From the sequence record NC_025447.1: a stretch of DNA of 64,000 nucleotides; one strand, 5' to 3'. This document shows positions 52,084-61,391 of the stretch, piece by piece. Each line of letters opens with the position of its first letter. The stretch's first letter is position 1. Origin of the DNA: Escherichia phage 121Q. The position numbers and the translations under genes were made by a program. The notes under the pieces were generated by a model. That model had not been told where the DNA came from. It saw nothing but the letters and a program-made list of their open reading frames with translations, and ran no database searches.

Positions 52084-52106
52084 CTTATTGAAAACGCACT
52101 CTTTTT
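52065..52106 (+). terminator. hairpin plus T-run enclosing a promoter -10
   Basis: AGTGCGTTTT / AAAACGCACT 10-bp inverted repeat, then CTTTTT. Confidence 0.55.
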
Positions 52107-52130
52107 AATGTACAGATAAGGAACTAACTT

Positions 52131-52820
52131 ATGAAACGTCGTCATATTAGTGTTGATATTGAAGCTCTTGGAACACCTGAACTTTCCGGTTATGATATTA
52201 TTATCCCAAATTACGCAGCAGTAGTAGTTCCAAGTAAACCTGAAAATGACATTCGTCAGTTCTTATATATTAAATTACCATACCAGGATCAAGTTGCTAC
52301 TGGTTTAAAATCAGACGCAGGTGCAATGGATTTTTGGATGAATACATGTCAGAAAGAATACCCTAATGCATATTCTGAAGTTGCCAGTACTATGAAACTC
52401 AAAGCACCTGAACTGTATGGACCGAATGGTCAATCACGACGATTTTTTGCATACAGTAGTATTGTTGATTTCTGGAAAGAATTACGTTACAATGATTATG
52501 GTGAAGAAGTTCCTCATTCAGTCTGGGGTAATGGATGTAACTTCGATTGTAGTATTTTACAAGCAAACCATTTAAAACTAATGAACGCTGGTGAGTTGTG
52601 GAAGTATGATGCACCTGAAAATGCACGCACATTGAAACGTTTATTGAATGAAGAAGCTCGTATTGAAATGGATGAAATCGTTTCGGTACAGTTGGATAAA
52701 TTTATCACATATGCAAATACGTGTGGGATTAATGGGTTGGAGTTACATCATCCACTATTTGATGCAGCACGTGAAGCAATCCAGATTTCATTCTGTCTAA
52801 ACAAGCTTAAAATGGATTAA
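52131..52820 (+). CDS. dexA: exonuclease A (DexA-like DEDDh)
   Basis: VDIEALG, GNGCNFDCSIL and HHPLFDAAREA blocks parallel T4 DexA. Confidence 0.65.
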   Translation: MKRRHISVDIEALGTPELSGYDIIIPNYAAVVVPSKPENDIRQFLYIKLPYQDQVATGLKSDAGAMDFWMNTCQKEYPNAYSEVASTMKLKAPELYGPNGQSRRFFAYSSIVDFWKELRYNDYGEEVPHSVWGNGCNFDCSILQANHLKLMNAGELWKYDAPENARTLKRLLNEEARIEMDEIVSVQLDKFITYANTCGINGLELHHPLFDAAREAIQISFCLNKLKMD

Positions 52821-52823
52821 TAC

Positions 52824-53918
52824 ATGAATTTCATTATTCTGTTAATACCTGCTCTTATCGTTGTATTCGTTATGAAATACATGTACGATAAGCATATCAG
52901 TACTAAAGAACTATTGATTCATATTGGTTGTTGTCTGGTTGGTGCGGCTCTTGTTCTTGGTATTTCATACGCAATCAACTATAGCCAGCTTTATGATGTT
53001 GAGATTCTGAATGGTCAAGTAACTTCAAAATACAGCCACAAAGAATATTGCACACAATCTAGTTCATGTAAGCACTATACATGGCATGAGAAGTGCCATA
53101 CGCGATATGATAGTAAAGGTAAATCACATCGTGAGTGTGAATCATATAAGGTTTTTGATTACTCATATGAAGTTGATTGGTATGTGAAAAGTACAGTAGG
53201 TGAGTTTGAGATTGAACGTGTGAACCGTCAAGGTACAATGACACCACCACGATGGCAGCAAGTTATGATTGGTGACTATGCCGCAGCAGAGAGTTCATAT
53301 ATCAACTATCTATTTGCTGATAAGAACTCATTGTTTAGTCCTGAAGAACTACACAACATGTATGATGAAAAGTATCTTAGTACTATTCCAGAATACCCAA
53401 GTGTAGTTGATTATTACAAAACACATCACGTAATTAACACTACAAATTACAACGTTGATGGTTACGATGAATACCTTCGTAATGAGCTAAAAACGATGGG
53501 TGCACGTAAGCAGGTAAACATCCAAGTACTAGTATATGATTACAAAGATGTGGATTTTGTTGATGCTACCCTTGCATCGTGGCGTGGTGGTAAGAAGAAT
53601 GATGTTATTATGTTCTTTGGTATTGACAATGATGGTAACGTTGTTAAATTCAACAGTACATCATTTGCACAAGGAATGAAGAATGAAGATTTACATGCAA
53701 AGATGCGTATTGATGCATTAAATGAAAAATTAACTCTTGACTTACTAGTTAAAGAAGTACATAATATTGACGCACAGTTTGAGAGACTCTCTAATAAAGA
53801 GTTTGAGTACTTGTCAGTAAAAATGGAACCTAGAAAAGATGTTCTTATCGGTGCTTCCATTGTTTTGTTGATTCTGTCTATTTTCATTGGCCTTTATATG
53901 AGGGATAACGATTTATGA
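52824..53918 (+). CDS. membrane protein (N- and C-terminal TM segments)
   Basis: Hydrophobic segments at both ends, Cys/His-rich central part. Confidence 0.5.
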   Translation: MNFIILLIPALIVVFVMKYMYDKHISTKELLIHIGCCLVGAALVLGISYAINYSQLYDVEILNGQVTSKYSHKEYCTQSSSCKHYTWHEKCHTRYDSKGKSHRECESYKVFDYSYEVDWYVKSTVGEFEIERVNRQGTMTPPRWQQVMIGDYAAAESSYINYLFADKNSLFSPEELHNMYDEKYLSTIPEYPSVVDYYKTHHVINTTNYNVDGYDEYLRNELKTMGARKQVNIQVLVYDYKDVDFVDATLASWRGGKKNDVIMFFGIDNDGNVVKFNSTSFAQGMKNEDLHAKMRIDALNEKLTLDLLVKEVHNIDAQFERLSNKEFEYLSVKMEPRKDVLIGASIVLLILSIFIGLYMRDNDL

Positions 53919-54469
53919 ATGGTAAACTCCTTGCGTTAATTGGTATTTTGGTAGTTATCGTACTAATGGTGTTTGGTTCTATTAGTATGTATGTTGGTAC
54001 ACATGATCGTGCAGTTGAGTTTGAAGGAAACATTAAAAAGTACTATGATGCATCTGAAAGTCAACTTAGCAATTATAATCTTACTATTCAAGATAAGGTT
54101 CAAGTAGCAGATAAGTACAAAGATGCGTTGAAAGAAACGATTGAATCATACTTTAAAGGGCGTGAAGGTGTTGACCAGAAGTTTGTAATGTCACAGATTC
54201 AACAACAGGTTCCAAATCTTGATCCTAAAATTTATCAGGAATTGATGGTGACAATTGAAGCAGGACGTACAAAGTTCAACAATCTTCAGAAAATGAAAAT
54301 TGACCAGTGTACTGATTATGCTAAGTTCCGCAAAGGCTTCTGGAATTCCAAAATTCTTGATTCGAATACGTTTCCAAGTGAAAATATTGAACACCTTTGT
54401 ACAGTAGTATCTGATACGCGTACCAAGAAAGCAATGGATACTGGTATTCAAGAATCAATTAAACTATAA
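53915..54469 (+). CDS. LemA-like membrane protein
   Basis: N-terminal TM and C-terminal region resembling LemA family (ELMVTIEAGRTKFNNL...YAKFRKGF). Confidence 0.4.
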   Translation: MNGKLLALIGILVVIVLMVFGSISMYVGTHDRAVEFEGNIKKYYDASESQLSNYNLTIQDKVQVADKYKDALKETIESYFKGREGVDQKFVMSQIQQQVPNLDPKIYQELMVTIEAGRTKFNNLQKMKIDQCTDYAKFRKGFWNSKILDSNTFPSENIEHLCTVVSDTRTKKAMDTGIQESIKL

Positions 54470-54478
54470 TTAAATGTT

Positions 54479-54503
54479 GGGAGTACTTTGTACTCCCCTT
54501 TTC
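54479..54503 (+). terminator. intrinsic terminator
   Basis: GGGAGTAC / GTACTCCC stem plus CTTTT. Confidence 0.8.
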
Positions 54504-54516
54504 TATGGGGTGTACT

Positions 54517-55092
54517 ATGTTTTTAAAAAATACTTATGAATTAATTAAAATGCTTCAAAATATGAATTCAGGTGGATTGTTTCCCTATTACTCTGAGGAT
54601 GAAACTCATCGTTTAGTCCTTAAATTGGATGAAACTGGACGTATTATATCACTAAGAACAACAGTTCCCAGTGTAGAACCAGTAATTACCAAATCGACTC
54701 AAAATTCAGGAACTGCTGTTCAAACACCACAAATGTACACGATTAGCACTCCACCTATTAAACGAGTTGCTTGTATTGTGAATATAAAAGTATCTAAGGA
54801 CTATCGTGACTTAATATCAGTAGAATGGTCAGAACTAACATCATCATTAGCAGGAAATGGATTTGTAGTATCTAATGGATTTGTTACTACAAATCCAAGT
54901 CCAGCACAAAATGTGAAAGAAGGACAACAGATCATGAGTGCATTGTATCTTAGTAATGGTTGTGTTATCATCAATGGTAAGTTGTATAGCGATTCCGACC
55001 CCACAGCATTCACTGAAGATTTGATTGGTGATAAAGAATACAGCATTCTTGAAATTATGAATTTTAAAAAGGTATATGAAAACCATGACTAG
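54517..55092 (+). CDS. hypothetical protein
   Basis: ATG 54517 after terminator (ORF track begins 54505). Confidence 0.45.
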   Translation: MFLKNTYELIKMLQNMNSGGLFPYYSEDETHRLVLKLDETGRIISLRTTVPSVEPVITKSTQNSGTAVQTPQMYTISTPPIKRVACIVNIKVSKDYRDLISVEWSELTSSLAGNGFVVSNGFVTTNPSPAQNVKEGQQIMSALYLSNGCVIINGKLYSDSDPTAFTEDLIGDKEYSILEIMNFKKVYENHD

Positions 55093-55657
55093 ATTTCATC
55101 AAGATGATTTGCCATTTATACAAGAACTAGAAGAACTGGTGATAAGTATTATGGATGAAATTAGTACTTGGGATATAACAGTTTTTCGAAATGTATATGA
55201 TAAAGTGGTGAATTTTAAAAATGTTAATATTGAAGTAAAACATAATAATTTTTACTTAACAAAACAATTCATTCTAACTCGTCCTGGAACAAAGCCAGTT
55301 AAACGTAATTTGTCATTCGGACACCTGGTTGGTGCAGAAAATGTACATGATGAATGGGTTGATTCAATCTATTCGTATACAAAAGCACTTATTCCTGATA
55401 TTGAGAAAAAATATTATCTTAGTATAACATTAGATGAAAACGGAAATCTTAATGCATATTCAATAAATTCTTCTTCAAATGTTCCATTACATTCAGTGAC
55501 GATTGGTGATAAAAAAATGCTAATAAATTCTGAAACATGGTATAATAGAGAAAATTTCGCAGCAGAATCATTTCAGTACTCAGTATCTGAACCAAAGTCA
55601 CCTTTTGATTTAGTGTTTGTTAATAATATTATTTTACGTTTTGGTGTAGGAGTGTAA
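55076..55657 (+). CDS. hypothetical protein
   Basis: ORF track. Confidence 0.45.
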   Translation: MKTMTRFHQDDLPFIQELEELVISIMDEISTWDITVFRNVYDKVVNFKNVNIEVKHNNFYLTKQFILTRPGTKPVKRNLSFGHLVGAENVHDEWVDSIYSYTKALIPDIEKKYYLSITLDENGNLNAYSINSSSNVPLHSVTIGDKKMLINSETWYNRENFAAESFQYSVSEPKSPFDLVFVNNIILRFGVGV

Positions 55658-55660
55658 TTT

Positions 55661-56014
55661 ATGCTAATTTATTTAAGTGTTATTGTAATTTCGTTACTGG
55701 TATCATTCGCTGTTCTTAAAATTGTTGCTATTTGTAGAAGTAAGATTGATAGTTCTGAAACTAGATCAGTACTTGACTTGATTATGGATCATCCTAAAAT
55801 CTGTGGTATTATTGTATTATTCGTTGTACTGATTAATACATATATTGTCAGGGAACATTTATATAATATGTATGATTGTAGTGTACGTTCTATTTCACAA
55901 GGTGTTGAAACAGACTATAGTTGGTACTATGAGAAATGTCGATTTAAAAACCAGCATGGTATTTGGGTTGATTTTGATAAACTACGTGGAACTCCTTCAG
56001 GAGAAGAAGAATAA
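55661..56014 (+). CDS. small membrane protein
   Basis: N-terminal TM segment. Confidence 0.45.
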   Translation: MLIYLSVIVISLLVSFAVLKIVAICRSKIDSSETRSVLDLIMDHPKICGIIVLFVVLINTYIVREHLYNMYDCSVRSISQGVETDYSWYYEKCRFKNQHGIWVDFDKLRGTPSGEEE

Positions 56015-56016
56015 TT

Positions 56017-56508
56017 ATGTTTGAATTCCCAGAAGAGTCATTTAACTTCATTGACCCTACTGATGATGGATACCGACATATTAACATTTATAGTAAAGCC
56101 AGAACGAAGTTAGGTAGAGATCTATCTAACTTTTCTTCGCACAGCTTCAAACTTGAACCATATGGATGGTTCCCATCAGTTGAAACATTTTACTTTTGGT
56201 TTTTAACTGGTCAAAAACATGATGACCTTAGAAAAGTATCTGGGGCAGCAGCAAAGGCCGCCGCTAACAAATATATGCATGATCGAATTGAAATGACAGA
56301 TGATTGTATCTCAATAATCCAAGATGCTATTTGTGCTAAGATAATTCAAAATCCAGAGTTAGCCGAAAGATTAAGAAAAAGTAAATTGCCTTTTTACCAT
56401 TACTATGTATATGGTGGTAAAGTTGTAGATGTATCCGACGAACATGATTGGTTTGTTAAAACATTCGAATATATAAGAACGGTGTTAAAGGAAAACTATA
56501 ATGGGTAA
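56017..56508 (+). CDS. NADAR-domain (YbiA-like) protein
   Basis: LSNFSSHSF, ETFYFWFLTG and AKIIQNPELAERLRKS blocks resemble NADAR/YbiA family. Confidence 0.45.
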   Translation: MFEFPEESFNFIDPTDDGYRHINIYSKARTKLGRDLSNFSSHSFKLEPYGWFPSVETFYFWFLTGQKHDDLRKVSGAAAKAAANKYMHDRIEMTDDCISIIQDAICAKIIQNPELAERLRKSKLPFYHYYVYGGKVVDVSDEHDWFVKTFEYIRTVLKENYNG

Positions 56509-56779
56509 ATGTTGGGTATGTGTCAAGGTGTTTGATGAAGAATATGAAATAATATTAGATGTATTACCACAGCAGTACATGGTGTGTAATGAAAAATACA
56601 AATTGGACACCTACCCGACCCCCATGTACATGGGAATATGTCCTTTGTGTGATTCAAATGGTGTGTCCAATAGTGAGATTTCATTCACTAACCAAGCCAC
56701 AACTAACTGTGTATCTGGGTATATAAGAGAGAATCGAGAATATTTTATTAGGAGATTATATGAACGACAAAATCTTTGA
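56501..56779 (+). CDS. zinc-ribbon small protein
   Basis: CWVC ... CPLC pairs. Confidence 0.4.
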   Translation: MGKCWVCVKVFDEEYEIILDVLPQQYMVCNEKYKLDTYPTPMYMGICPLCDSNGVSNSEISFTNQATTNCVSGYIRENREYFIRRLYERQNL

Positions 56780-56990
56780 TACATATGACATCGATACTTT
56801 ACTAACACCATCTGATAACAGTACTGTTAAAATGGACATGTACTGGATTGTCGTTGATAAAAAAGTATTTAGACATAAAATTACTAAAGTTTGGCAATGT
56901 AATAAAAACAAATCTATTGTTGAGGGATTGGCACAATGCATTCCTAATGCAGAGGTTTTATTTTTACCATACGCATATACAAAGGAATAA
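56760..56990 (+). CDS. hypothetical small protein
   Basis: ORF track. Confidence 0.4.
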   Translation: MNDKIFDTYDIDTLLTPSDNSTVKMDMYWIVVDKKVFRHKITKVWQCNKNKSIVEGLAQCIPNAEVLFLPYAYTKE

Positions 56991-56991
56991 A

Positions 56992-57153
56992 ATGAAAAAA
57001 ACTTGGAAAATATTCACAATACCTGCTATAATGTTGTTATTGGCACTTTTCACACCGCAGAGTCATGTATTGTCTCTTAATATTGTGGAAATAATTCTTC
57101 TTGTAATTCACTGTGTCGTGTGTTATAATTATGTAAAAGGTGATAAAGAATGA
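56992..57153 (+). CDS. small hydrophobic protein
   Basis: ATG 56992 with AAAGGA RBS; C-terminal part of ORF-track 56848..57153. Confidence 0.35.
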   Translation: MKKTWKIFTIPAIMLLLALFTPQSHVLSLNIVEIILLVIHCVVCYNYVKGDKE

Positions 57154-57572
57154 AGTTCTTTAAAATTCGAATTGGTGTAAGTTCTGGTTTATCTCATTGG
57201 GTATTTTATGATTTACCTGATAGTTATACTATTGATGATGTAATTGATTTATATACCGAAGATCAACAATGGGTGTTAGATACCGAAACACATAGAATTG
57301 ATTGTCAAGAGATTAGTGAAGAAGATTACAAGCACGGAAAGCAAGCCATGAAGTATTTTGAAACAAATATCAAAATGCTGTCTGAAAACGTATTTCCTGT
57401 AAAAGAATGGGCAATTTTACTTGCTAATCCTAAAAAACCTGTTAGAATTGGTTATCCAAATTTTCATATGGTGTATCGTATGAATGATAAGCGAGAGCTT
57501 AACTATCAATACGATTACGATTCATCTAAGTTTGGAGTTCTTAAACAATTTTTAAAGGCTTATCCAGTATGA
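57150..57572 (+). CDS. hypothetical protein
   Basis: ORF track. Confidence 0.45.
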   Translation: MKFFKIRIGVSSGLSHWVFYDLPDSYTIDDVIDLYTEDQQWVLDTETHRIDCQEISEEDYKHGKQAMKYFETNIKMLSENVFPVKEWAILLANPKKPVRIGYPNFHMVYRMNDKRELNYQYDYDSSKFGVLKQFLKAYPV

Positions 57573-57904
57573 GTGAAGATAGTAAAGAGTATATTTTACG
57601 TTGTTCTTGTGGCGATAAAATGGAGCATTGCGTTCACATTGCACAATTTGACTTGACAGAGGAATATGGAGATGATAAACTTGGTCAATGTCTGATAAGT
57701 ATGCGTTTAAATCCTTTTTTAAAATGGTATAACCGTGTATGGGTTGCAGTAAAGTATGTTTTTGGTGTAAACGACTATCAATATGTAGAAGCAACAATTG
57801 ATGTTGACATTCTAAAAGAAGTTGTGTTACAATTAGAAGATACTAGAACTGATGAGGTTAAAAAAGAACAAAGAGAAAAACGTACTGATGTGAAGGTTTT
57901 ATGA
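57569..57904 (+). CDS. hypothetical Cys/His-containing protein
   Basis: ORF track. Confidence 0.4.
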   Translation: MSEDSKEYILRCSCGDKMEHCVHIAQFDLTEEYGDDKLGQCLISMRLNPFLKWYNRVWVAVKYVFGVNDYQYVEATIDVDILKEVVLQLEDTRTDEVKKEQREKRTDVKVL

Positions 57905-58095
57905 GTACTGAACTTTATGAAAAAAAGTACTGTACAAATTGCTCAACTGAGTATACAATACAAGGTATGTTGATTTGTACAATATGTCAGTCAAAGAAAT
58001 CAGCAACTTTCATCGTTGATGATAGATTTGGTGATTTGAAACAGTTTAAAGCAAACCGCAATCTTCGTATTTTTAGCAATCTAAATAAGGAATAA
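57901..58095 (+). CDS. zinc-ribbon small protein
   Basis: CTNC ... CTIC pairs. Confidence 0.4.
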   Translation: MSTELYEKKYCTNCSTEYTIQGMLICTICQSKKSATFIVDDRFGDLKQFKANRNLRIFSNLNKE

Positions 58096-58098
58096 TAT

Positions 58099-58527
58099 AT
58101 GAATATCGAACAAACTATCCGTGAACATTCTTTCTTCGCTCCAGAAACTGGTCGTGTTATTGAGAGCGTCAAAATCGAAGAACTAATGGTCAATGTTAAA
58201 TACAAAGAACCAAATGATGAGATTAGCAGTACTTTTTGTGCTCTACGTGCACCATTCCGTAATGAAAAAGCTAAGAAACCAGCATATGTTCTTGCCATTG
58301 CACTGGGTTGTGTTGTAAAACTTGCAGTTGATGAAAATCTTCTGAATATTAAAGTTGCACCAAGCAATGACGATGAAAACATTGATTTGAACTTTGATGG
58401 TTCTCTTGATGAAGATGTATTTTTCCAACAGTCACTTGTTTACGACTTCCGTACAGTGACACATTCTCACATCAAGTTCATTAATGAAATGGTTGAGATT
58501 GTTGCTGAATACGAAGAATCTCTCTAA
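58099..58527 (+). CDS. paralog family member 1 (C-terminal EE-x-FFQ-x-SL module)
   Basis: DEDVFFQQSLVYD motif about 40 aa from C-terminus; terminator follows. Confidence 0.55.
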   Translation: MNIEQTIREHSFFAPETGRVIESVKIEELMVNVKYKEPNDEISSTFCALRAPFRNEKAKKPAYVLAIALGCVVKLAVDENLLNIKVAPSNDDENIDLNFDGSLDEDVFFQQSLVYDFRTVTHSHIKFINEMVEIVAEYEESL

Positions 58528-58538
58528 GTAAATACAAA

Positions 58539-58562
58539 AGCCTCCATTATGGAGGCTTTTAT
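58539..58562 (+). terminator. intrinsic terminator
   Basis: AGCCTCC / GGAGGCT stem plus TTTT. Confidence 0.75.
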
Positions 58563-58580
58563 CACATAAGGAAATGAAAT

Positions 58581-59132
58581 ATGATAGACCAAATTAAAAT
58601 CCTTACAAAGCAAATCACTGATTTTCTTTCTGATAAAGATGGATTTAATACAGAAGTAAAAATGCACGGTGTTAGTGTTGATGTAATTGCACCAAATGGT
58701 AATGTAACAAGTTACGACATGTATGAATTACTTCTTTATACTCTAGCAGTACGTAAACTAGGTAGTGATATTGAACTCAATATCAATACTGATGAAAGTG
58801 GGAATAAAATTTTTGCAATCAACACCAGTGCTAAATTCGATATCAGTACTGAAATTAAAAAAATAAATGAAAGTTTTATTGGCTTTAAGCATGAATCAAT
58901 TCAAAGTGTTTTTATTGGAAAGCAAACTTCTAATAGTGAATGCCCATATTGTGTAATGACTTTATATAAAGATGGAAACTGGATGCGTCAAGATTTAGTA
59001 TTTGCTGAACTTCTGTATGCATTTACACATGAACTTAAAATCGAATTGGACGATAGTGTTTATTGCTTTAAGAAAATTCGAAATATAACTAAAGATATAC
59101 AAACCCAACTTAAAGAATTAAATGATAAATAA
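58581..59132 (+). CDS. hypothetical protein
   Basis: AAGGA RBS; lies inside the paralog array but lacks the clear motif. Confidence 0.5.
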   Translation: MIDQIKILTKQITDFLSDKDGFNTEVKMHGVSVDVIAPNGNVTSYDMYELLLYTLAVRKLGSDIELNINTDESGNKIFAINTSAKFDISTEIKKINESFIGFKHESIQSVFIGKQTSNSECPYCVMTLYKDGNWMRQDLVFAELLYAFTHELKIELDDSVYCFKKIRNITKDIQTQLKELNDK

Positions 59133-59247
59133 ATATACCAGAAATGGTTAACATATCATGTTACTTTCCTCCCTTACATAATAATGATGCGTTATTATAT
59201 TTTCATTTTGTTCTTATTCCCCTTTTGGTACAAAATCATTTTAGTAC

Positions 59248-59274
59248 TGCCCCGATCTTCGGGGCATTTTTCTT
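59248..59274 (+). terminator. intrinsic terminator
   Basis: TGCCCCGA / TCGGGGCA stem plus TTTTT. Confidence 0.8.
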
Positions 59275-59292
59275 ATCTAAAATTGAGGATAT

Positions 59293-59688
59293 ATGAAGAA
59301 CAATATTGGAACTTCAATAATTAAACCACTTTCTTATTACCTTGAAAAATTTAGAAGCACAAATGGTAATAAATTTAATAATATATTTCAGTTCTCTCAT
59401 AAAGAATATATTACAATTGATCATTTTTCAAAGAAACTAATGTATGTAAATGATAATAGTCATATTATTAAATTATCATTCGATATTGAGTTAGATAAAT
59501 TAACATTTACGGAATACATTAATCAAAAAACTTCTTTTTTATGTCAATACAATAGGAAAGTATATAGTAATATTTCTATGTATCTAAATGATGAATATCA
59601 CTTTCAACAATCTACAATAGAAGAAGTATTGTTCAGTACTGAAGAATTAAAAGAACTATATTACTGGTATAATTATTTCACATCTTGA
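59293..59688 (+). CDS. paralog family member 2
   Basis: DEYHFQQSTIEE motif; GAGGA RBS. Confidence 0.5.
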   Translation: MKNNIGTSIIKPLSYYLEKFRSTNGNKFNNIFQFSHKEYITIDHFSKKLMYVNDNSHIIKLSFDIELDKLTFTEYINQKTSFLCQYNRKVYSNISMYLNDEYHFQQSTIEEVLFSTEELKELYYWYNYFTS

Positions 59689-59743
59689 CATTATTGTGGG
59701 TTTATCCTACAATATATGATGATGCTGCATTGAGGATAAATTT

Positions 59744-60154
59744 ATGAGTTTAGATTTACACAATGAACTAAAATATTTTTTAGATTTGGACATATCAGAA
59801 TTGAACCACCACGTCAATCATATGACTAGTACTGTATGGTGGTCTAATGATCAAGACGACCCAATTATCCAACTAAGTGATGAATCGTCAATTATGCGAT
59901 TTTATAAGATTAATTATAAAAAGAACATCAAGATCACATATGTACCATACAAAAACATACTACTAGTCGAAACACTTAATCCAAGTTCTTTATTAAAAAT
60001 CACCGATTTAGATACATTACAAACAAGTGAATCTTTATTCCAACGTTCATTAGTTGATGATCTTGGTGGTATTACTTTTGAAGATATATTACAATTGAAG
60101 AATATGTATAGTGAATTGTTGGAGATTAAAAACACTTTAGTAATGGGGAATTGA
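59744..60154 (+). CDS. paralog family member 3
   Basis: SESLFQRSLVDD motif. Confidence 0.5.
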   Translation: MSLDLHNELKYFLDLDISELNHHVNHMTSTVWWSNDQDDPIIQLSDESSIMRFYKINYKKNIKITYVPYKNILLVETLNPSSLLKITDLDTLQTSESLFQRSLVDDLGGITFEDILQLKNMYSELLEIKNTLVMGN

Positions 60155-60155
60155 T

Positions 60156-60560
60156 ATGGTAAGTTTACTAGATATTGATAATACCAGTTTAGTGCTGGTG
60201 AAAAAAGGTTTAATTCCAAATTCTAAAAAAATTGATTATGCTGTTATTGAAACAAATATTGGAAATATCTGGTACGACTCTGAAAGGGATATTGTGTTTA
60301 GCTGTGTAGACAGTGATCGTTCTGAATGTTGTAGAGTCGGTCATGACGGACAATTTGTTTTTGAATTTCGTTATTGGAAGGACGCAAAATTTCACCAAGA
60401 ACTGGTTGCTTTGTCAAATGAACTATATACAGAAGAATCGTTCTTCATGGCTAGTACTATTAATGATTTTGGTTCAGTTACATTTGAGTACTATAAAAAA
60501 ATATACGCACTATCCAGAGAAGTTATGAAAATTATCAGAACTGCTGAAGGTAAAGAATAA
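60156..60560 (+). CDS. paralog family member 4
   Basis: EESFFMASTIND motif. Confidence 0.5.
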   Translation: MVSLLDIDNTSLVLVKKGLIPNSKKIDYAVIETNIGNIWYDSERDIVFSCVDSDRSECCRVGHDGQFVFEFRYWKDAKFHQELVALSNELYTEESFFMASTINDFGSVTFEYYKKIYALSREVMKIIRTAEGKE

Positions 60561-60561
60561 C

Positions 60562-60939
60562 ATGACTACTATATATGATATTTTGGGTGTTCTGAGTAGA
60601 AATATAGATGATGATTTTGTTATTGTTCAAGATACTAGAAATACATTTCAACTACCAATAGGTTCACCAGATAGGTTAATTTTTAATAGATACTCAAATG
60701 AACTAACTTACATCCATGATGGGATTGCAATTGTATCAGTTTCTATAAACGACTATACAATACGATATGTATATGACTTCAACGATTATTGTACAAGAAT
60801 CCACAGTATTGATATTTCCGAAGAGGAACTATTCCAATTGTCATTGATTGAGAAAAATGTAATAGGAATTACAGAAATTGGTATTATTAAAAAAGCATTA
60901 AACTATACAAATATAAGAATTAATGGTGGGTGCAGATGA
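60562..60939 (+). CDS. paralog family member 5
   Basis: EEELFQLSLIEK motif. Confidence 0.5.
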   Translation: MTTIYDILGVLSRNIDDDFVIVQDTRNTFQLPIGSPDRLIFNRYSNELTYIHDGIAIVSVSINDYTIRYVYDFNDYCTRIHSIDISEEELFQLSLIEKNVIGITEIGIIKKALNYTNIRINGGCR

Positions 60940-61391
60940 ATGTTGACGAAATAAAAAATCATTTTGAAATTGCAATGTCATGTGAATTTGACACACAACG
61001 TGTTCATGACCCGAAAGAACATATACGCATTTGTTGTGAATTGTCAGATGATTGTAATATTTTTATTGGAAAAACCTATGACATGATCGATCTTTCATGT
61101 ATAGATCCATTGGAAAGAAAAACAAAATATTTATATCTGTACAACACAACATCAGATACGATTGCAATACAACTAATATCAACCACAACATCCCACAGTT
61201 ATTATAACATAACTGAGGTTAGTAGTTTAACGTTAACCGAAGAAGGATTCTTTCAACAATCGCTTATTCGTGAAATTGGTGTTAGTTATGATGAGTTAAA
61301 TGTATTAGTAGATTGTTTCGAAAAATTGAGTACTTTTGTATTATCCCTTTTTAATATACAGTCGCAAAATCCAATGGTGGTGAAATGCTAA
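60936..61391 (+). CDS. paralog family member 6
   Basis: EEGFFQQSLIRE motif; ATG 60936 overlaps upstream stop. Confidence 0.5.
   Translation: MNVDEIKNHFEIAMSCEFDTQRVHDPKEHIRICCELSDDCNIFIGKTYDMIDLSCIDPLERKTKYLYLYNTTSDTIAIQLISTTTSHSYYNITEVSSLTLTEEGFFQQSLIREIGVSYDELNVLVDCFEKLSTFVLSLFNIQSQNPMVVKC

Noticed and set aside
56848-56991. N-terminal part of ORF 56848..57153
   Set aside because: Overlaps ORF 56760..56990 in another frame; only the segment from ATG 56992, which has an RBS, was kept.
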